Shown here piece after piece: positions 1-15,102 of a stretch of 64,000 nucleotides of DNA (its first letter is position 1; each line of letters opens with the position of its first letter). Origin of the DNA: Eledone cirrhosa (Eukaryota); the NCBI GenBank assembly GCA_964016885.1, contig OZ024743.1:38874001-38938000 (forward strand). The letters are read 5' to 3'. The position numbers and the translations under genes were made by a program. The notes beneath the pieces were generated by a model that saw only the letters and a list, made by a program, of their open reading frames with translations, was not told the DNA's origin and made no database searches.

Positions 1-1750
1 TTTCTCTGTTGATTCCTCTCGTTAAAATGGAACGCGTAAAAGTCGCGAATCGAATTATTGTGTCTATTGCCACCTCCATGTTGATTCTGATTCTCATGAT
101 CATTTTCACCTTTTGGGAATAAAACAATATAATGCAACGGATCGTATGCCCTCTTTGACTCATTGATAGTCTTGAGACCACCATCTCTGCGCTGGAGGAC
201 GATATCCCTCGATCCAGGCTTATCGTCCATCAACACAGCAACTTCACGAAATAGTTCAGGGGCATTATATCGCCGTTCGTGTTGATTCCTTGGCACTGCG
301 TCAGCTTTAATCACCAATGTTTGCTGCTGAACATTTTGCAGTTCAGCCCCTAACATGAAATCCATAACATAAGGATTACACTGTCTAAGCCATGATTGCA
401 AATCACAGATCAATCACTTAACCTTTGCCGTTTAAGTTCAGCAATATTTCCCGGCAACTTCATCCAACCGATCCTGATATCCTCCTCCGAGTCACTATAA
501 TCTGGATCGTTCGAGGCCTCTCTCCTGGGGTAACTTCTAAATTACCGATACAATGATACAAACGGTCTTGAATGACTACATTCGGTTGCTATGCTCCACT
601 CTCAAACATCTCACAACGCCCTGCGATGCTAAAGCTAATGAATTGTTAATTTACCGCGAATATTTGCGCAGTAATCTACCTCGGTCTCCTTGATAACCCC
701 ACATACTTAGTATTTTAAACTCCGGTAACTCCTCATCATCCGGCATTCGCAAGGGTTTTGTTGAACTGCTCCTTTATGGCAGCAAATTGTGGTCCACGTC
801 TGTTCGTGCCTCCTAAGCAATGCCCCACAATGTGGACACTGCTCGTCCACCAATCTGAAAATGACACGGTTGCCATGATCCATATTTAATATCATTCGTT
901 CGCCTTCTAGCCTCTTTACTGGAATGAGGAACACTTTGGCGATACAATCTATGAACTTCTGTATTGCGATGGGGCTGTTCAGCGAGCCCCTCCTCATCCA
1001 TCGCAGCACGCCGTTACTGCTGAATTCTGGCTATCTGCTGATGATGCTCAGCCAGTACGTCTTCAACCATCGCAGCACGCCGTCGCTGCTTGGCCCCTTT
1101 GTTTCGTTGGCGTTGTTCAGCCAGCTCCTCTTCATTCATGGCGGCACGTTTTCGCCTCTGAAGTTTGTCCTTCCGATGGCGCTGTTCGGCCCGTTTTTCA
1201 TCATTCCTGGCTGCACGCCGTCGCCGCTGTAGTTCACTGTTTGATAAAGTCGAATTGATTTTATTATGAGTATTCATTTCGAGCAATTGTCAAAAAATGA
1301 CACAATAATAAATATAAAAGATGTCCGTCAATGTAAAGAAAGGTCCCTATTTACTCCCTTCACAACCCTGTGTATGTTAGACAGACAGACAGGCACACAG
1401 ACAGATAAACTGCGTGGCAATTGTGGAACGCCACACACATACACGCCTGGAAACGCGCACAGCGCCCGAATTTACACACACATACACTCACACATGTTGA
1501 TAGTTTTTATATACTGTGGAACGCTGCACGCACGCACACACACACATAAACATACGCGCGCGTACATACAGACGCACACATGTTAATAGTTATAGAACAC
1601 AGCGTTCACACTCTCCCCTCTCACTCCCTCTTTGGCATTATTTCAGTTTGGCGTCGTTGAGGTGGGCGGAGTCGTTTGAAACCTATGAACCAATGATAAT
1701 TGAGAATTATGACACACGGAATACTGACGTTCTTGACATTAATAAATAGA
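1..1750 (-). mobile_element. Helitron 5' portion (decayed Rep/helicase N-terminus), continues off the window start
   Basis: Minus strand begins A|TCTATTTATTAA at ~1750 (Helitron 5'-TC end). Minus-strand peptides show ~23-aa R/E-rich repeats (RRRAAMNEEELAEQR, 1014-1286) followed by CPHCGALL...ICCHKG (707-1009), the zinc-binding motif typical of Helitron Rep N-termini. Stops and frameshifts are present. Confidence 0.7.
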
Positions 1751-1767
1751 TTATATAATATTATATA

Positions 1768-1960
1768 AGGGCGGTGGATTGGCAGTATCGGTAGAGGGTC
1801 GGACGCCATGCTTTGATGCATAGATTTACGGCCCTTTCCATTCTGATTTCAAATCAACCGAGGTTAACATTGCCTTTCATCCTTACGGGATCGATAAAAT
1901 TAGGTACCAGTATTGCACTGGAATAATTGATGGTCTTGTGCCAAATCTAGAAACAATTAT
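1768..1960 (+). mobile_element. tRNA-derived SINE (cephalopod-type family; other copies at 19657, 19792, 24392, 30790)
   Basis: A-box-like TGGCAGTATCGG, degraded B-box, core TTGCCTTTCATCCTTACGGG.TCGATAAAAT..GTACCAG, 3' TTGTGCCAAA..TAGAAACA followed by an (ATT)-rich tail. Near-identical copies occur elsewhere in the window. Confidence 0.85.
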
Positions 1961-1989
1961 ATTATATCATATTATATATTATTATATTG

Positions 1990-3400
1990 GTAGACTTCTG
2001 AATTCAAACCTTGACCACATCAGTGTGAATGATGCTCAGTTCCGGCATAAGATCTGGTGTGTCTTTTAAAACCAATCTCACATCGAAAATGATGTCCACA
2101 TGAATCACACATTAGTTTTAGTGCAGTCTGAACTACTCGTGTTCGTTGAACTTGATGATCTTTGAAATAACCCTTTACAACTCATTGATATTCGCAGATG
2201 TGGCATATAGGGGATTGAAATGTGTAACCTGATATATGCGTTATGTAGTTAGTAAAAAGTACCATGATGTATGGTTTTATATAAGATTGAAATCCGGACG
2301 CTCACAGCCACATTTTGTGACTGATTGCAGATGAATACACCTTTCATTTACCTTCATATTCCCTTTCAGTTTTTTCCCCATCTTTGACATTATATTTACC
2401 TATATTAACCTATTTTACTGAACGGTTTTCACACCTTCCCATATAATTGAACACCATGAAGTGCGATGCTTTTCGAGACCTTCCAAGGTTTCTTTTTATC
2501 AATTCCTACCTTTGTTTAAGTTTTCCTTCAAATCATCCTTGAACATGTTTTTGTTTTACTCTGAATCCGTTTCTGGGTGCAAATTCCCCACAAAACAGTT
2601 GCTAAGCTATACGCTCGTAAGCCATGCGGACATGACAGACTATCAGAGTTGCGATTTTGATGGAATCGTTTCATGAGTCAAAAGTGATACTTGTATCCTG
2701 TGTCCAGCGTCGAGAAGTTTACAGAAGTGAGAATAGTACATATAGTTTTTTTTCATTCTATGTCCTTGTCACCCGTGATTATAATTTTCCAAATGATTTT
2801 GCTGCCTTTTGAAACATCAGAGTATAGTAGGTCTCTTTATTAGTGACATGAACTTGTTGTTCTTAAATTTTCTTCTTGCTAAATTAAAGACATTTTCTCT
2901 CGTACTATATATTTCATATGCCACTTCATTGTTTTATTTTAGATAGCATGATAGAGCATAGCAGCATCATCTTTTTCAAATTAAGTAGGTGCACCAAACT
3001 TCCACTTTTTCCCACCACATTCTACTGCAAAAGGCTAAGTGAGTGAGCCCTCAAATTAAACGAAACTTGAGGCATTGCTGTTAACAATATCGAACGCCTT
3101 ATTGGGAACAACAAACTAATAGTAGAGAGTGATGTTCTGTTCAATATAATTTTGCTGCAGTTGTCTGCGTGTGAAGATTGTATCAATATTCCCACGTTTC
3201 GTTCGAAAACCATATTGTGCCTAAGAAATTATTTAGCTGTTTCGCAACTACATATGGAAAAATATATACCTTACCAACATCCCTACCAAACTAAATTGTG
3301 GCACCTGATTTGAGGAAAGAGAAAAAAGACATAAAACCAGATGTGTGGTAATTCCCCATCGTCTAACAGTGTGTAAATGTTCTACCATTTTCATCACATC
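1990..3400 (-). mobile_element. Highly decayed CR1/L2-group LINE RT fragment
   Basis: Minus-strand remnants TAMPQVS (resembling SGVPQGS) at ~3060-3080 and PYMPHL (resembling WSPH..) at ~2195-2212. Many stops. Confidence 0.4.
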
Positions 3401-3473
3401 CATGCTTGAGAACCTCAGGATTAATATCATACCGCCCAGGAGATACATATATCTATGTATCTATCTGTTTCTC

Positions 3474-3556
<83 letters not shown>

Positions 3557-3559
<3 letters not shown>

Positions 3560-3781
3560 GGTCAATCTGGTCCCTTACCACACCTCCTTCGTTATATATA
3601 TTTATTTAATTTGGAAAGGTCTTCTACAGGATTAGAACTGTTTCATTCGGAAACGATTTCTCCCGAATGAAACAGTTCTAGTCCTGTAAGAGCCTGTTCT
3701 ATATTAAATAGTTATACTCTGCTTTGTATTGAGTGTCTTACTTACTGTGGTTACACCTGATTGAACCCGCGATAAACTTAA

Positions 3782-3782
<1 letters not shown>
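3557..3782. mobile_element. Short (TA)n-flanked PLE pseudo-LTR remnant with internal fold-back
   Basis: Palindrome CTACAGGATTAGAACTGTTTCATTCGG / CCGAATGAAACAGTTCTAGTCCTGTA (3624-3688). The segment GGTC..CTTACCACACCTCC is shared with 13747-13800 (-) and 52518-52555. Confidence 0.55.
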
Positions 3783-3814
<32 letters not shown>

Positions 3815-4318
3815 TACATAGATATGTGTGTATGTATGTATGTATCTATGTAAGATTTACATCGAGTATTAAGAAAAATGTAGATCCATTTTTCATATTA
3901 ATCTTCAGGATCAACACCACGAAATATTCAGTCAAGTTTGTCCATGTATAAACATCTTAAGAATTAAGAATTCAATGTTGTAAGATAAATATTTATATAG
4001 CGTATATCAATTCAACTAACTTCAATAACCTAGATATTCTCTTTAAGGGAAAATTAAAGGATTTTGACATACCAAATCAAAGTGATGAAAATAAAAGCCT
4101 TTGAAAATTTTCTCGATAAGAAAATACAATTATTATGATTACAACAGAAATATGAATAATCGTATTTATGCCTGCAATTAGTTTGTTTAAATGTTTATTT
4201 TGACTTTGTTACAAAGATGTTTAACATTCCTTTGATTTCAATTCAAATGCAAAATATATGTTTAAGCTTAGTGCGAAATTAAATAGAAAAAAAATAATGC
4301 CCGAAGTAGATATACGGC

Positions 4319-4321
<3 letters not shown>

Positions 4322-4387
<66 letters not shown>

Positions 4388-4405
4388 TTATATATATATA
4401 TACAT

Positions 4406-4464
<59 letters not shown>

Positions 4465-4601
4465 CATACACACATACACACACACACACGCATATATATA
4501 TATATATACATACATTCATACATATATATATGTGGGGGTGGGTGGGCGTGTGTGTATACCCACACACACGCACGCGCACACGTACGCACGCACACCCACA
4601 C

Positions 4602-4650
<49 letters not shown>
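4322..4650. repeat. (TA)n/(CA)n compound microsatellite (representative of dozens in the window)
   Basis: Direct inspection. These tracts account for the many IY/TH/VC pseudo-ORFs in the ORF track. Confidence 0.95.
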
Positions 4651-4654
<4 letters not shown>

Positions 4655-5253
4655 AATATATTTATATCGTGAGCAGAAGAGTGCGTTTGCATTAAGCTCA
4701 AAATATACTCTCATCGAATATAAGGTGATTTAACACGTATATCTCCGAGTTATACGTAAAATTGCTATTAATGGAGGTCAGGTCGATAAACAAAAGCTAA
4801 ATATATTTATTTGGTGTTGGTTTTATTTGCAATCTATATTGCTGATGAAAGCCAATGCACCTTGTATATTTGAAAATTAGAAATTGAAATATATATGAAT
4901 ATGCGGAAGTGATGTTAAGCTTGCATATATCTGCCTGTCTGTTTTAGAAATAGATCATTATATTTCCATTTATTATTTGTATAAACAGCAATTTAATTTC
5001 ATTCATGCATTAATAATTCATTAAGTTGCAATATTTCATATATATATATATATATATATAATGTGTTTGTTATATAACTATTAATATTGATTATGTAATT
5101 ATGGATGTTTTAAGGAACTTTATTGATTTACATATGAATAATATCTTTGTCTATATCCATCTTCTTATCCCGCTATCTCTCTTTCTATCTATGTTTCTGT
5201 ATATGTGTGTATATATATATATAAATAAATATGTATGTATGTATGGATATATG

Positions 5254-5314
<61 letters not shown>

Positions 5315-5722
5315 AAATGGGGAGAAGAATACTGCTGGTTGCACATGGATAACATGTAATACAATAATATAAGTCCCTCATCAGTGATTTGCCGACGATC
5401 ATAGATATTTCATTGCATTAAAAATCATATACCTCACGTCGGTGCAATAATAACTAAATTAAGTTATTAGGACAATTAAAACGCGTAAAGCGAGTGAGAC
5501 GAGATAACAACAAAGAGGATAGCTAACCGTAGAAGGAAGGGAACAAGCTTCATAGTTATTCTGTTAGCATAAGCTAGGTGAATATATGAGCGCTTAGAAA
5601 ATAGACCTTTCAGCAGCGAATTCAAATGTGAGTGAGAAAGAAAATGATTTCGTTGTGAACGGGGTGAAGTGAGAAGAGGAGAAACAGTGAGTGAGTGAGT
5701 GGAAGTGTGAGGAAGAGTTAAC

Positions 5723-5759
<37 letters not shown>

Positions 5760-6289
5760 TATATATATGTGTGTGTGTGTGTGTGTGTATGTGTGTGTGT
5801 GTGTGTGTGTTTTAATATTCGGTGTTTCCATCGCGTGTTGCACCCTATCGCTGCTTCAAAATAATATAATATATTTTCTTCCCACACATATTATAGAGTT
5901 TATCTAAACCAAACGGTCTATAACGATTACGAAGGCCGTCACGTTGTCCCCAAGCCTAGGCACCGTAGTAACAGAGGGAATTAACTTGCTTGTATATTGC
6001 GTGAATTAGGTTGTATTTGTTAGAGTTTATTCTCAGTTCAATCATGTTCGAGCTAATCGAAGATCTAAAGTGATTGCAAACAAGGATCATACTCTACTGT
6101 CTCAATGCAGTGTGTCCTTCCAATATAAAAACGATAGGCTGTTCGTAAATGGGGACAAATGATAACGTTCTCTTAGTTTCCATGGGGTATGTTGTTGCTA
6201 ATACTATTTGTAGCCTTCACTCGCAATCTTTTATATCCTGATAGTATGTACCTTGCTTTCACCAATGATATGGGCCTATGCATTAATGA

Positions 6290-6450
6290 AGGTGAATGGC
6301 TTAGTGGTTAGAGCATTGAGCTAGCAATCGAAAGGTTGCGAGTTCAATTCTCGGACCGGGTGATATGTTGTTTACTTGAGCAAGACACCTTATGTCCCGT
6401 AGCTCCAGTTTACTCACCTATAGAAATGAGATGATAGGACTGGGGTCCCT
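6290..6450 (+). mobile_element. tRNA-derived SINE of a second family
   Basis: TGGCTTAGTGG A-box, GAGTTCAATTCT B-box, then TTGAGCAAGACACCTTA...GCTCCAGTTTACTCA, a conserved-type SINE central domain. Confidence 0.7.
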
Positions 6451-7250
6451 ATTATTAAATGACCCAAGACATCTCCAACGGGATATACCTTGGAGGAGGC
6501 AAGCTAAATCTGCATAAGTGTGAGCTGTAATAACCTTCATTTATGAGCACCAGCAAAAAGACCCTCCATCCCACCTCTATTGTTTCAACAGAACAACTAG
6601 TATATGGCTGATGAAATGCAAAATACTCCTCGGTATATTTTGAAGTCAGAACACAGTGATCCGGAACAATTTAAAACTTTGCAACGGCTCTGCATAATAT
6701 TATGTTTGCTAATGCAATTAAAGCAATAATTACCTTTTGTTGGGCATTTCTGTTGCGAAACAATCCTCCGCAGTTGCCTAGCCTGCTGTACGTTTGCACT
6801 TCATGGGTGCTTTCTTGGATATGATGATAAGAAGTTGCCAATTTATCTGTCACCATTTCCCCTGGGGAATTAAGAACGCGAATTCTAGGGTAGACGGAGC
6901 GAGACACACTCTATGATTATACTGATTCTTTATGTACACTCCATGTCACAGCTTTTATAACATTTCCTTCGACGAGAGGCTATAGTACATGACACTTTTC
7001 CAAGTAGGATGGAACCAGGGACCTACGATTAGGAGGTAAATCCCGTGATCATTGGATGACACTGCACGAAAATGAACTAGGATTCTCTTTATTAAATGAA
7101 GAGAAACACTTGAGCGGGAGGTCAACGTGAAATATAGATACATATTCTACAGTCACGTGCATCCATGACATTATTCTTTGGAAGAATTTCAGCGTCAAAG
7201 TATATGTAACAAGGCTGTACTTTTAGCTGAACATAAAACGTGTCTTCTCT

Positions 7251-7408
7251 AGACCTTTTATTGTGGTCACGAACGTAAATCTATGAGTTACCCTCCTGGA
7301 TAGGTATTATATCCTTCACCTACGTTAAATAATGTCTTGGTGAAGGATATAATACCTATCCAGGAGGGTAACTCATAGATTTACGTTCGTGACCACAATA
7401 AAATGTCT
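7251..7408. repeat. Near-perfect inverted repeat (~65-70-bp arms, 18-nt spacer)
   Basis: TTTTATTGTGG...ATCCTTCACC (7256-7320) is the exact reverse complement of GGTGAAGGAT...CCACAATAAAA (7339-7403). Confidence 0.95.
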
Positions 7409-8044
7409 CTTCTCTTGCCTCCATCAAGGCTTATTCATATAAGACACGTGGAATAATGTTAAAATGCATAATACAGGTCACACATTTTAACCGGATATGA
7501 TCCTGAAAATAGGATACAATATATAGTTAAATGTTGAAATTCTTCAGAATAATATAAAAATAATATCAATAGATAATATGTCATAAACCAAATATCACGA
7601 GAGAAAGTTAATATGCATTTACCAGAAATACATTTAATATTTATCATTATTACTGATTTTATTTTCTCTTTTGCACATATTCCTGGAACCTCATATTGTT
7701 TTAGTCTAGAGTTTTACATTGTATTTTATATTTCATTGTTAGTTATTGCAGTAGCTTTAAGACATTGGATAAGTATTATGTTGCAGAAAAATACAGGCGA
7801 AAGGGAGTTAATAATAATGTTGAATTATACTCACAGATATACGCTATTGATGTTTAAAAGTAAGGCCATATAAGAATGTGATACCATTAGCGATAATCGG
7901 ACACAATAGACCAATAGATGAAAGTGACAATGAAGTAATATGAATGCTTAACATCAAAAACATTCACATGCATTAATATAATATATATATAAATAGATTA
8001 GTGTTATTTGCTGTATATATTCTTGCTAATAGAATTAATTTTGC

Positions 8045-9345
8045 TATATATGGAGCCCCGATCATGCACTTTGCTGCTGATACGGTCATAACCTCGGCTA
8101 CTGGGGTCCGACAGGGTGACCCTTTGGGACCCCTCCTGTTCGCACATGGTATTGACCACATAGCCCTGAGTATCACAGCCCCTCTCAACGTTTGGTATCT
8201 GGATGATGCTACGTTGGGCGGGCCCGTACGGACGGTCTGCCATGACCTTCAATCGGTGGTTCCTGCCCTGGCGGGAATCGGCCTCCAGGTCAACTCGGCC
8301 AAGTCGAAAGTGGTTAATGTCAGCCTCGATGCTGCGAACTTTGCAGCGTCCGTCTTGGTCGTGCGGTCCATTCTCCGCCAGGTTCAGGTGAGCTCCAAAG
8401 AGGATGTCCTCATCCTCGGGTCAACGATCCACCCACCGGCCAGCCGCTCCACCATCAGGTCCTGACGTCAGCAGCTCCAGACTCTCACGAGCCGACTGGG
8501 TTTGATTGACGGCCTCCTGGACTTAGCCCAGTACATGTCCTTCCTCCTTCTCCCCCCGTTGACGTCAAGTGCCCCAACGCAAGTGGGTTGCCATCCAGTG
8601 GAACCTGGCCTCAGACATGCTCCCGCGCCAGCTCGACGACCACTGCCTTGCTTGTTTACGTGCGGCCTCCAAACCTCCACAGTGGTGCCTGGCTCCATGC
8701 CCTGCCCTCCTTCTCCACTGGTACGCATTAGAGTTTCCCTGAGGCTCGGCCTCCGGATCTGCCAGCCACAAAATGTCGTTGCAGTTCCACCGTGGATTCT
8801 TTCGGCCTCCCTCCGCTTTCCTGTCTCCACAGTGCCGGCCGGATTCCACGCCACGCTGCCCTCAACGAGGTCATTAAGCATGGCTTGGACGCTGCAGGCT
8901 TCCCTTCCCAGCTCGAGCCGGTGGGGCTGGATCGAGCGGATGGCAAAAGGCCAGACGGCATGACCATCTTCCCGTTCCGCAGTGGCAAACCCTTCGTCTG
9001 GGTTGTCACTTGCACCGACACTTTCTGCAGTCGCAACCTGGTGCAGTCTGCGACTCACCCAGGTTCTGCTGCACGTCGGGCTGAGGGGCAATAACTCCTC
9101 AAATACCGGTCTCTCTCCGTCAGGTTTGCTGTCATACCCCTGGCAGTGGAGTCTTCAGGTGTCGTCAGCCCCGGGGCTACCTCCTTACTCACCACCATAG
9201 GCGCTGAGCTGGCCAGTCGCAGGTGTGAGCCCCGAGAGGAGTTGGAGTGCATTTTCCAGCGCGTCTCCCTCGTCGGCCCCCGGGGAAACGTCTCTCCATA
9301 CTGTCCGCCGGGGTTTTGGGTGGACCCAATCGCATACCGTTGCAG
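8045..9345 (+). mobile_element. 5'-truncated, decayed CRE-clade non-LTR retrotransposon (RT plus restriction-like endonuclease)
   Basis: GC-rich island. RT motifs GVRQGDPLGPLLF and WYLDD. RLE motifs RHAALNEVI, KRPDG, and KY..L...F.PLAVESSG in shifted frames. Confidence 0.85.
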
Positions 9346-9419
9346 TCGTTGTATACAGATATTAACTCATCAATCACATTATTTATAACAACTTCTATAT
9401 ATATTACCTAATATATATT

Positions 9420-10206
<787 letters not shown>

Positions 10207-10218
10207 ATGTATATATAA

Positions 10219-10250
<32 letters not shown>

Positions 10251-10629
10251 GCTCATAAATAAGTATGTATATCTATGATTGGATATATATGTACATATAT
10301 GTACATATATGTATAATAGATGAATGGCTCGAATCATTACAATTGGTTTATTTTCTAATCCAGATATTATCTTAAAGATTCTGAATATGATTCAAATAAG
10401 AGATTTCTCCTGTGTATATCCCGGTTCGTTTTACGTCCCTGCACATTCAGAATATGTATTTGGACGATCTAATGTTGGATGCTGCAGAAAAGAGACAGCT
10501 TGGAACTCCCCTTCAAAGTGTATATGCATTCGCGAAAGAAATTTACCTGGAATTTTGACTAGAGAAAAGCACCAAAGCCAGACAGATGATATGATATCTA
10601 GTGAACACCTCTAATAGGAGGCTAGATAA

Positions 10630-11110
10630 AGAAAAGGAGATGGAAGAATTCAATCACACACAGGTGTACAATAATTAGGAATCAATGAACTAAATGGATT
10701 TCAACACAGATGAAAGAAAATATTAGAGAAAACTATTATATACGAATTAGATTACCAGTAAAGACAGACATAAATACAAATATGCATCAATACTATACGG
10801 ATCAAAGTAATAAGTTACCGGTTAATATTCTGAAGTTAATATTTAAAAAAATCTAGTAAGACTTGGCAGTAAAACAAGATAAAATTAACTGCATTCAAAA
10901 CACACCACTGGAAATCAGTTCAAGGAAATTGCACATATCACATATACATGGGAGGACGCGACCTTACGCAACAAGTAAAATATTCGTCATAAAATAACTA
11001 CTGTGCGAATACAAACATATCTAATGAAGAATAATTGAAAGTTAAAACAAATAGCCATGAAATCTAACCAAAACAAAATATTTATTCATACAAGGGAACA
11101 ATTTCAAGAT
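10630..11110 (+). mobile_element. Decayed R4/Dong-like non-LTR RT fragment
   Basis: Remnants LGINE, MKENIRENYYIRIR and KLTAFKTHH...YMGGRDL resemble the post-RT region of R4-clade proteins (YKYLG, HH, GGRGL). Confidence 0.5.
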
Positions 11111-11487
11111 AGTCAGTCCCGGCTAACGATGGGATCGTTCGTTAAATGAATCCATCCTACACGTGGCAATATCTGTTTAATGGCACACATAAAATCATCA
11201 ATACCCGGGTACTGTAGAAATTGGGTCGAAATGGCAGTGCATCCCGGTAGCACAGTGAAGCCTTGGATCGCTGGAAATTGCCCTTAGTGAGCGATTTGCG
11301 AGTCCTCCAGAATAGTCAAACTAGTTTGTTCTCCACGATACAGAGTCACTCTGAGCGTCATCGCACTAACCAAACACTTCTCTTCTAAACAATTCTAGAG
11401 TGGGTGTCCATTGACCACACACACACACACACACGCACACACACGCACACGCACGCACACGCACACACACACGCGCACACACACACA

Positions 11488-11588
<101 letters not shown>

Positions 11589-11599
11589 ACCATAATGAA

Positions 11600-12690
11600 T
11601 TCACCGTTAGCATCGATGTCTGCTTCAGAATGCCGTCTGAAAAGTTGACATGCCAGAATCACAACATGATATTTGACGTCGTACTAGTTTTGACTCACTT
11701 CAGAAATACAATAGAGTCATGTTGGCTGTGATAAACTTCTCTCATTACAATACCACATACGTAATAATCCAACGAATTCAGGTCCAGAGAGATAGCAAAC
11801 CATATAGCTTGAGTGAGGAAATCCTGGAAATTTCAACACATACGTTATTTGGTTCAGGGCCTTAGAATCTTCTCCAACTAGCCTTTTAATTAGCAGCATT
11901 CGCCGTAAGCCACGAGGAAAGAAGTGTGAAGCATAGCATCTCCTCATTGCTCACGATTCCTACAACCATCTTAGATGTCTGAACCTATGTGTGCTTCACC
12001 GTTGGAATGAGTTTAAGGTCTCTGATTAACTATCTGTTTGCTGTTCAGAGTAAGAAACAAAGCATCCCGAGCTCTTGATGTTTCAACTTCCTCAAGAAGC
12101 TCTCTACGCTAACCGAAAGTTTAACTTTTGTTTTGTAATCGTGTAATTTCATCTAAACATCACATTTATCCTGTATTATCAGATAGTGTACCTTTAAACT
12201 TGAGGTCTTTAGCAGTGCGGCTATTTGATTTCCTTAGGATCATATCGATTATGTTCTGCACCTGTCTCACAGATATAAGTGTTCTAGTATTATTAAGACT
12301 TTCTACAGTGGCTTTACGTCTGTCTTCTATTGTAGAATCACCGCCAGTGGCTTCTAACTGGTTGCGATTCTCGACGAAAAACGACCATGCAAATTTCAGG
12401 AATGAGCAATATATATATAAATGTGTGTATGTGTGTGGGTGGGTGTGGGTGTGTGGGTATGTGTGTGTGTGTGTGGGTGTGTGGGTATGTGTGTGTGTGT
12501 GCGTGCGTATGTGTATGTGTGTGTGTGCGTGGGGTCAAAATTACACAGACATATTTATATAGCGTTTCCGAAATTGACTGATTGAAATACGCATGTTTTC
12601 TGTTCTCACTCTATCATTCTATTTCATCTATAACATCTCATTCTATATAGTGATGAAAGAATATTATCCGAAACGTACAGAATGATTTTA
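11600..12690 (+). mobile_element. Very decayed PLE remnant with a degenerate 3' HHR
   Basis: [10 protein letters not shown] (resembling FDVVSLFTN) at ~11670. Degenerate HHR at 12638-12685: UCAUUCU..gUGAUGA-AAGAAUAUUAUCC-GAAAC-GUA^cAGAAUGA. Confidence 0.4.
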
Positions 12691-12799
12691 AACTATACCA
12701 AGCCTTGAAATATCATATTTCTTCATTGTACTGCGTTGCTTGCTTTGTTGTATTTGTTTATGCTTACTACATACATATATATATATATACTATAAGGTG

Positions 12800-13079
12800 T
12801 GTCCATAGAATCATTTGATAATATATATACACCATTTCCTCTCCCAATTAGCATAATCAATCATACAAAAAATTAATTAAACCAGGCTATAAGATTAAAA
12901 GGCACCCATGAAGAAATAGTGGATCATAAACCACAGCAGTCTATTCGCGAACAACCGCTATAGAATATTTACCCAACATTTCAATAGCACGTGGATATCG
13001 ATTAGATATACTGTCAACCATACACAATTAGGTATGAAATTAAAGTTATAAGAAACAATGCATATACACATACCAGGAT

Positions 13080-13085
<6 letters not shown>
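12800..13085 (-). mobile_element. Diverged solo partial copy of the 46888-49380 tandem unit
   Basis: Shares ATAGAATC...CCATTTCCTCTCCCAATTAGCATAAT...GCTATAAG with the array unit. Truncated before the HHR position. Confidence 0.7.
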
Positions 13086-13126
<41 letters not shown>

Positions 13127-13455
13127 TGCCCCCCCCCCCACCTTATAAAGTATGGCCATTGCACAATATACCATTATTAATAATTACTAATTAATTCTAT
13201 CGTGCAATGCCTGTACATGAAGATATTTTTTAAAGTGAGGAAAGACTGTTCACTGAGCCAATCCCACTGTCCGAGTGACAGTAGCTATAAGCCGAAAAGA
13301 AGAAAAGATCAACATCATCTGTAACTCGAGAGCCGCAAGTTTTATATCAGAGTTATCCCAGTTTCCTGACCTGCACTCTCCTAGAAGAATGCCCTGACAA
13401 AGGCTAGGAGTCCTAAATACAACAGGAGGAACAGAATAGTACCAGTGATGATGTT

Positions 13456-13535
<80 letters not shown>

Positions 13536-13705
13536 TTTATATCTATATTATATAAGTTGGTCAGTCAATGGTAAACATTGAGGACCGAATGAATTAACCG
13601 TGGAGATATAAAATATACTGGATCGAAAACCAACCAAACAGTGCGTGTATTCTGTTATTATTTCTGGCAATATTATTACAACAATATGATTCTCCCCAAG
13701 TATAA

Positions 13706-13746
<41 letters not shown>

Positions 13747-13747
<1 letters not shown>

Positions 13748-14712
13748 CAAAGGAGGTGTGGTAAGGAAACAGATGGACCATAATGCACCAGAGGACTCAA
13801 TACTTAGGGTAGTAGAGTGGGTAATATTAAGATTTTTAACCCCGACAGCATATCTCAAGCCGTTTTGTCGGCTATTTCTGTGCTAAATTAGAATTTTCAC
13901 CGTGGTAAATAAATAGCCGAACTTTTCAAGGGGTAATTCCTTATATGGGAAGATTGTAGTTGCCAAAAGGATTGGTCAAAATTTCTTGTAAACAAAATTA
14001 AATCTTTCTTGCCGAACAAGATAGGGGCAACCCCAGCTAACATAGGTAGATGCACTTCTTTTCTTTTCCTTTTTGTTTTCTTTTTCCCTTTATCTCTTCC
14101 TATCAGTCCCTTCCACTTACTCTCCTCTTCCTTCTCCTTGTTACTCTTTGCCCTACCCCGAGGCAACCCATTGGACTTTTGTAGCCTCAGTACCCCAACC
14201 CCACTAAATTATATATACCATTGGCCGAAAACGCAATACCAACTAAATATACCAGCTGCTTTAGATTCTAGATATTTTTTTACTACTTTTTACTATTCAA
14301 TTTTATTAATTTCTTTTTTCTTAATTTATTTATTATCTTCTAATCTCAATTTATTAACCTATAAAATCCCACTCTCTAATTTCTCCAGAATCCTTTTTTC
14401 CTGCTGCTTCAAAAATATCCTAATTTCCTACAGACTCCTTAGTATTTGCTGTATAGATTTCACTTTCAACGCTTGACCGGATCCACCCACTCCCTCATTT
14501 TTCTACAGGCGTGTTCAGCCTCCACAAACTGTCATGAAAGATTTAATTGTGTTTACAAGAAATTTTGAGCAATTCTTTTGACGACTACAATCTTCCCATA
14601 TAAGGAATTACCCCTTGAAAAGTTCGTCTATTTATTTACCACGCTAAAAATTCTAATTTAGTCCAGAAATAGCCATCGAAACGGCTTCAGCTCTGCCGTC
14701 GGGGTTACACAT
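13747..14712. mobile_element. Non-autonomous (TA)n-flanked element with ~170-bp inverted arms (PLE pLTR-like)
   Basis: 13835-14005 is inverted relative to ~14538-14708. The same family occurs at 52365-52555. Confidence 0.6.
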
Positions 14713-15023
14713 TTTCCTATATATATATATATTTATATATATATAGTTTTTATATAGTAAGGTGTATTATTGGTTGTGTCAAACGGTCCAATAAATTTGT
14801 GTTACCAATATTAAGTTCTCCACACTTTTGTATATCTCCAATTCCATTTATGGGAACAGGTAGATGATGTTAAACGGAGTATTTGTATATATATATATAT
14901 ATAGTGGTAGAAGACTGGAAGGTAATATCCGTAGTGGTAGAACACTCAGTCCATGGGACGAGTTAGGTAGAACTGGTTACACAACAGTTAGTTCACCATG
15001 GTGAACAAACTGTTGTTTAACCA

Positions 15024-15102
<79 letters not shown>

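Noticed and set aside
4835-4905. CTGATGA...GAAA hammerhead candidate
   Set aside because: No convincing stems I, II or III.
5330-5400. Minus-strand CTGATGAGGGAC candidate
   Set aside because: No GAAA or stem III follows.
6290-6360. tRNA gene
   Set aside because: Followed by a SINE body and lacking a proper acceptor stem, so it is a SINE head.
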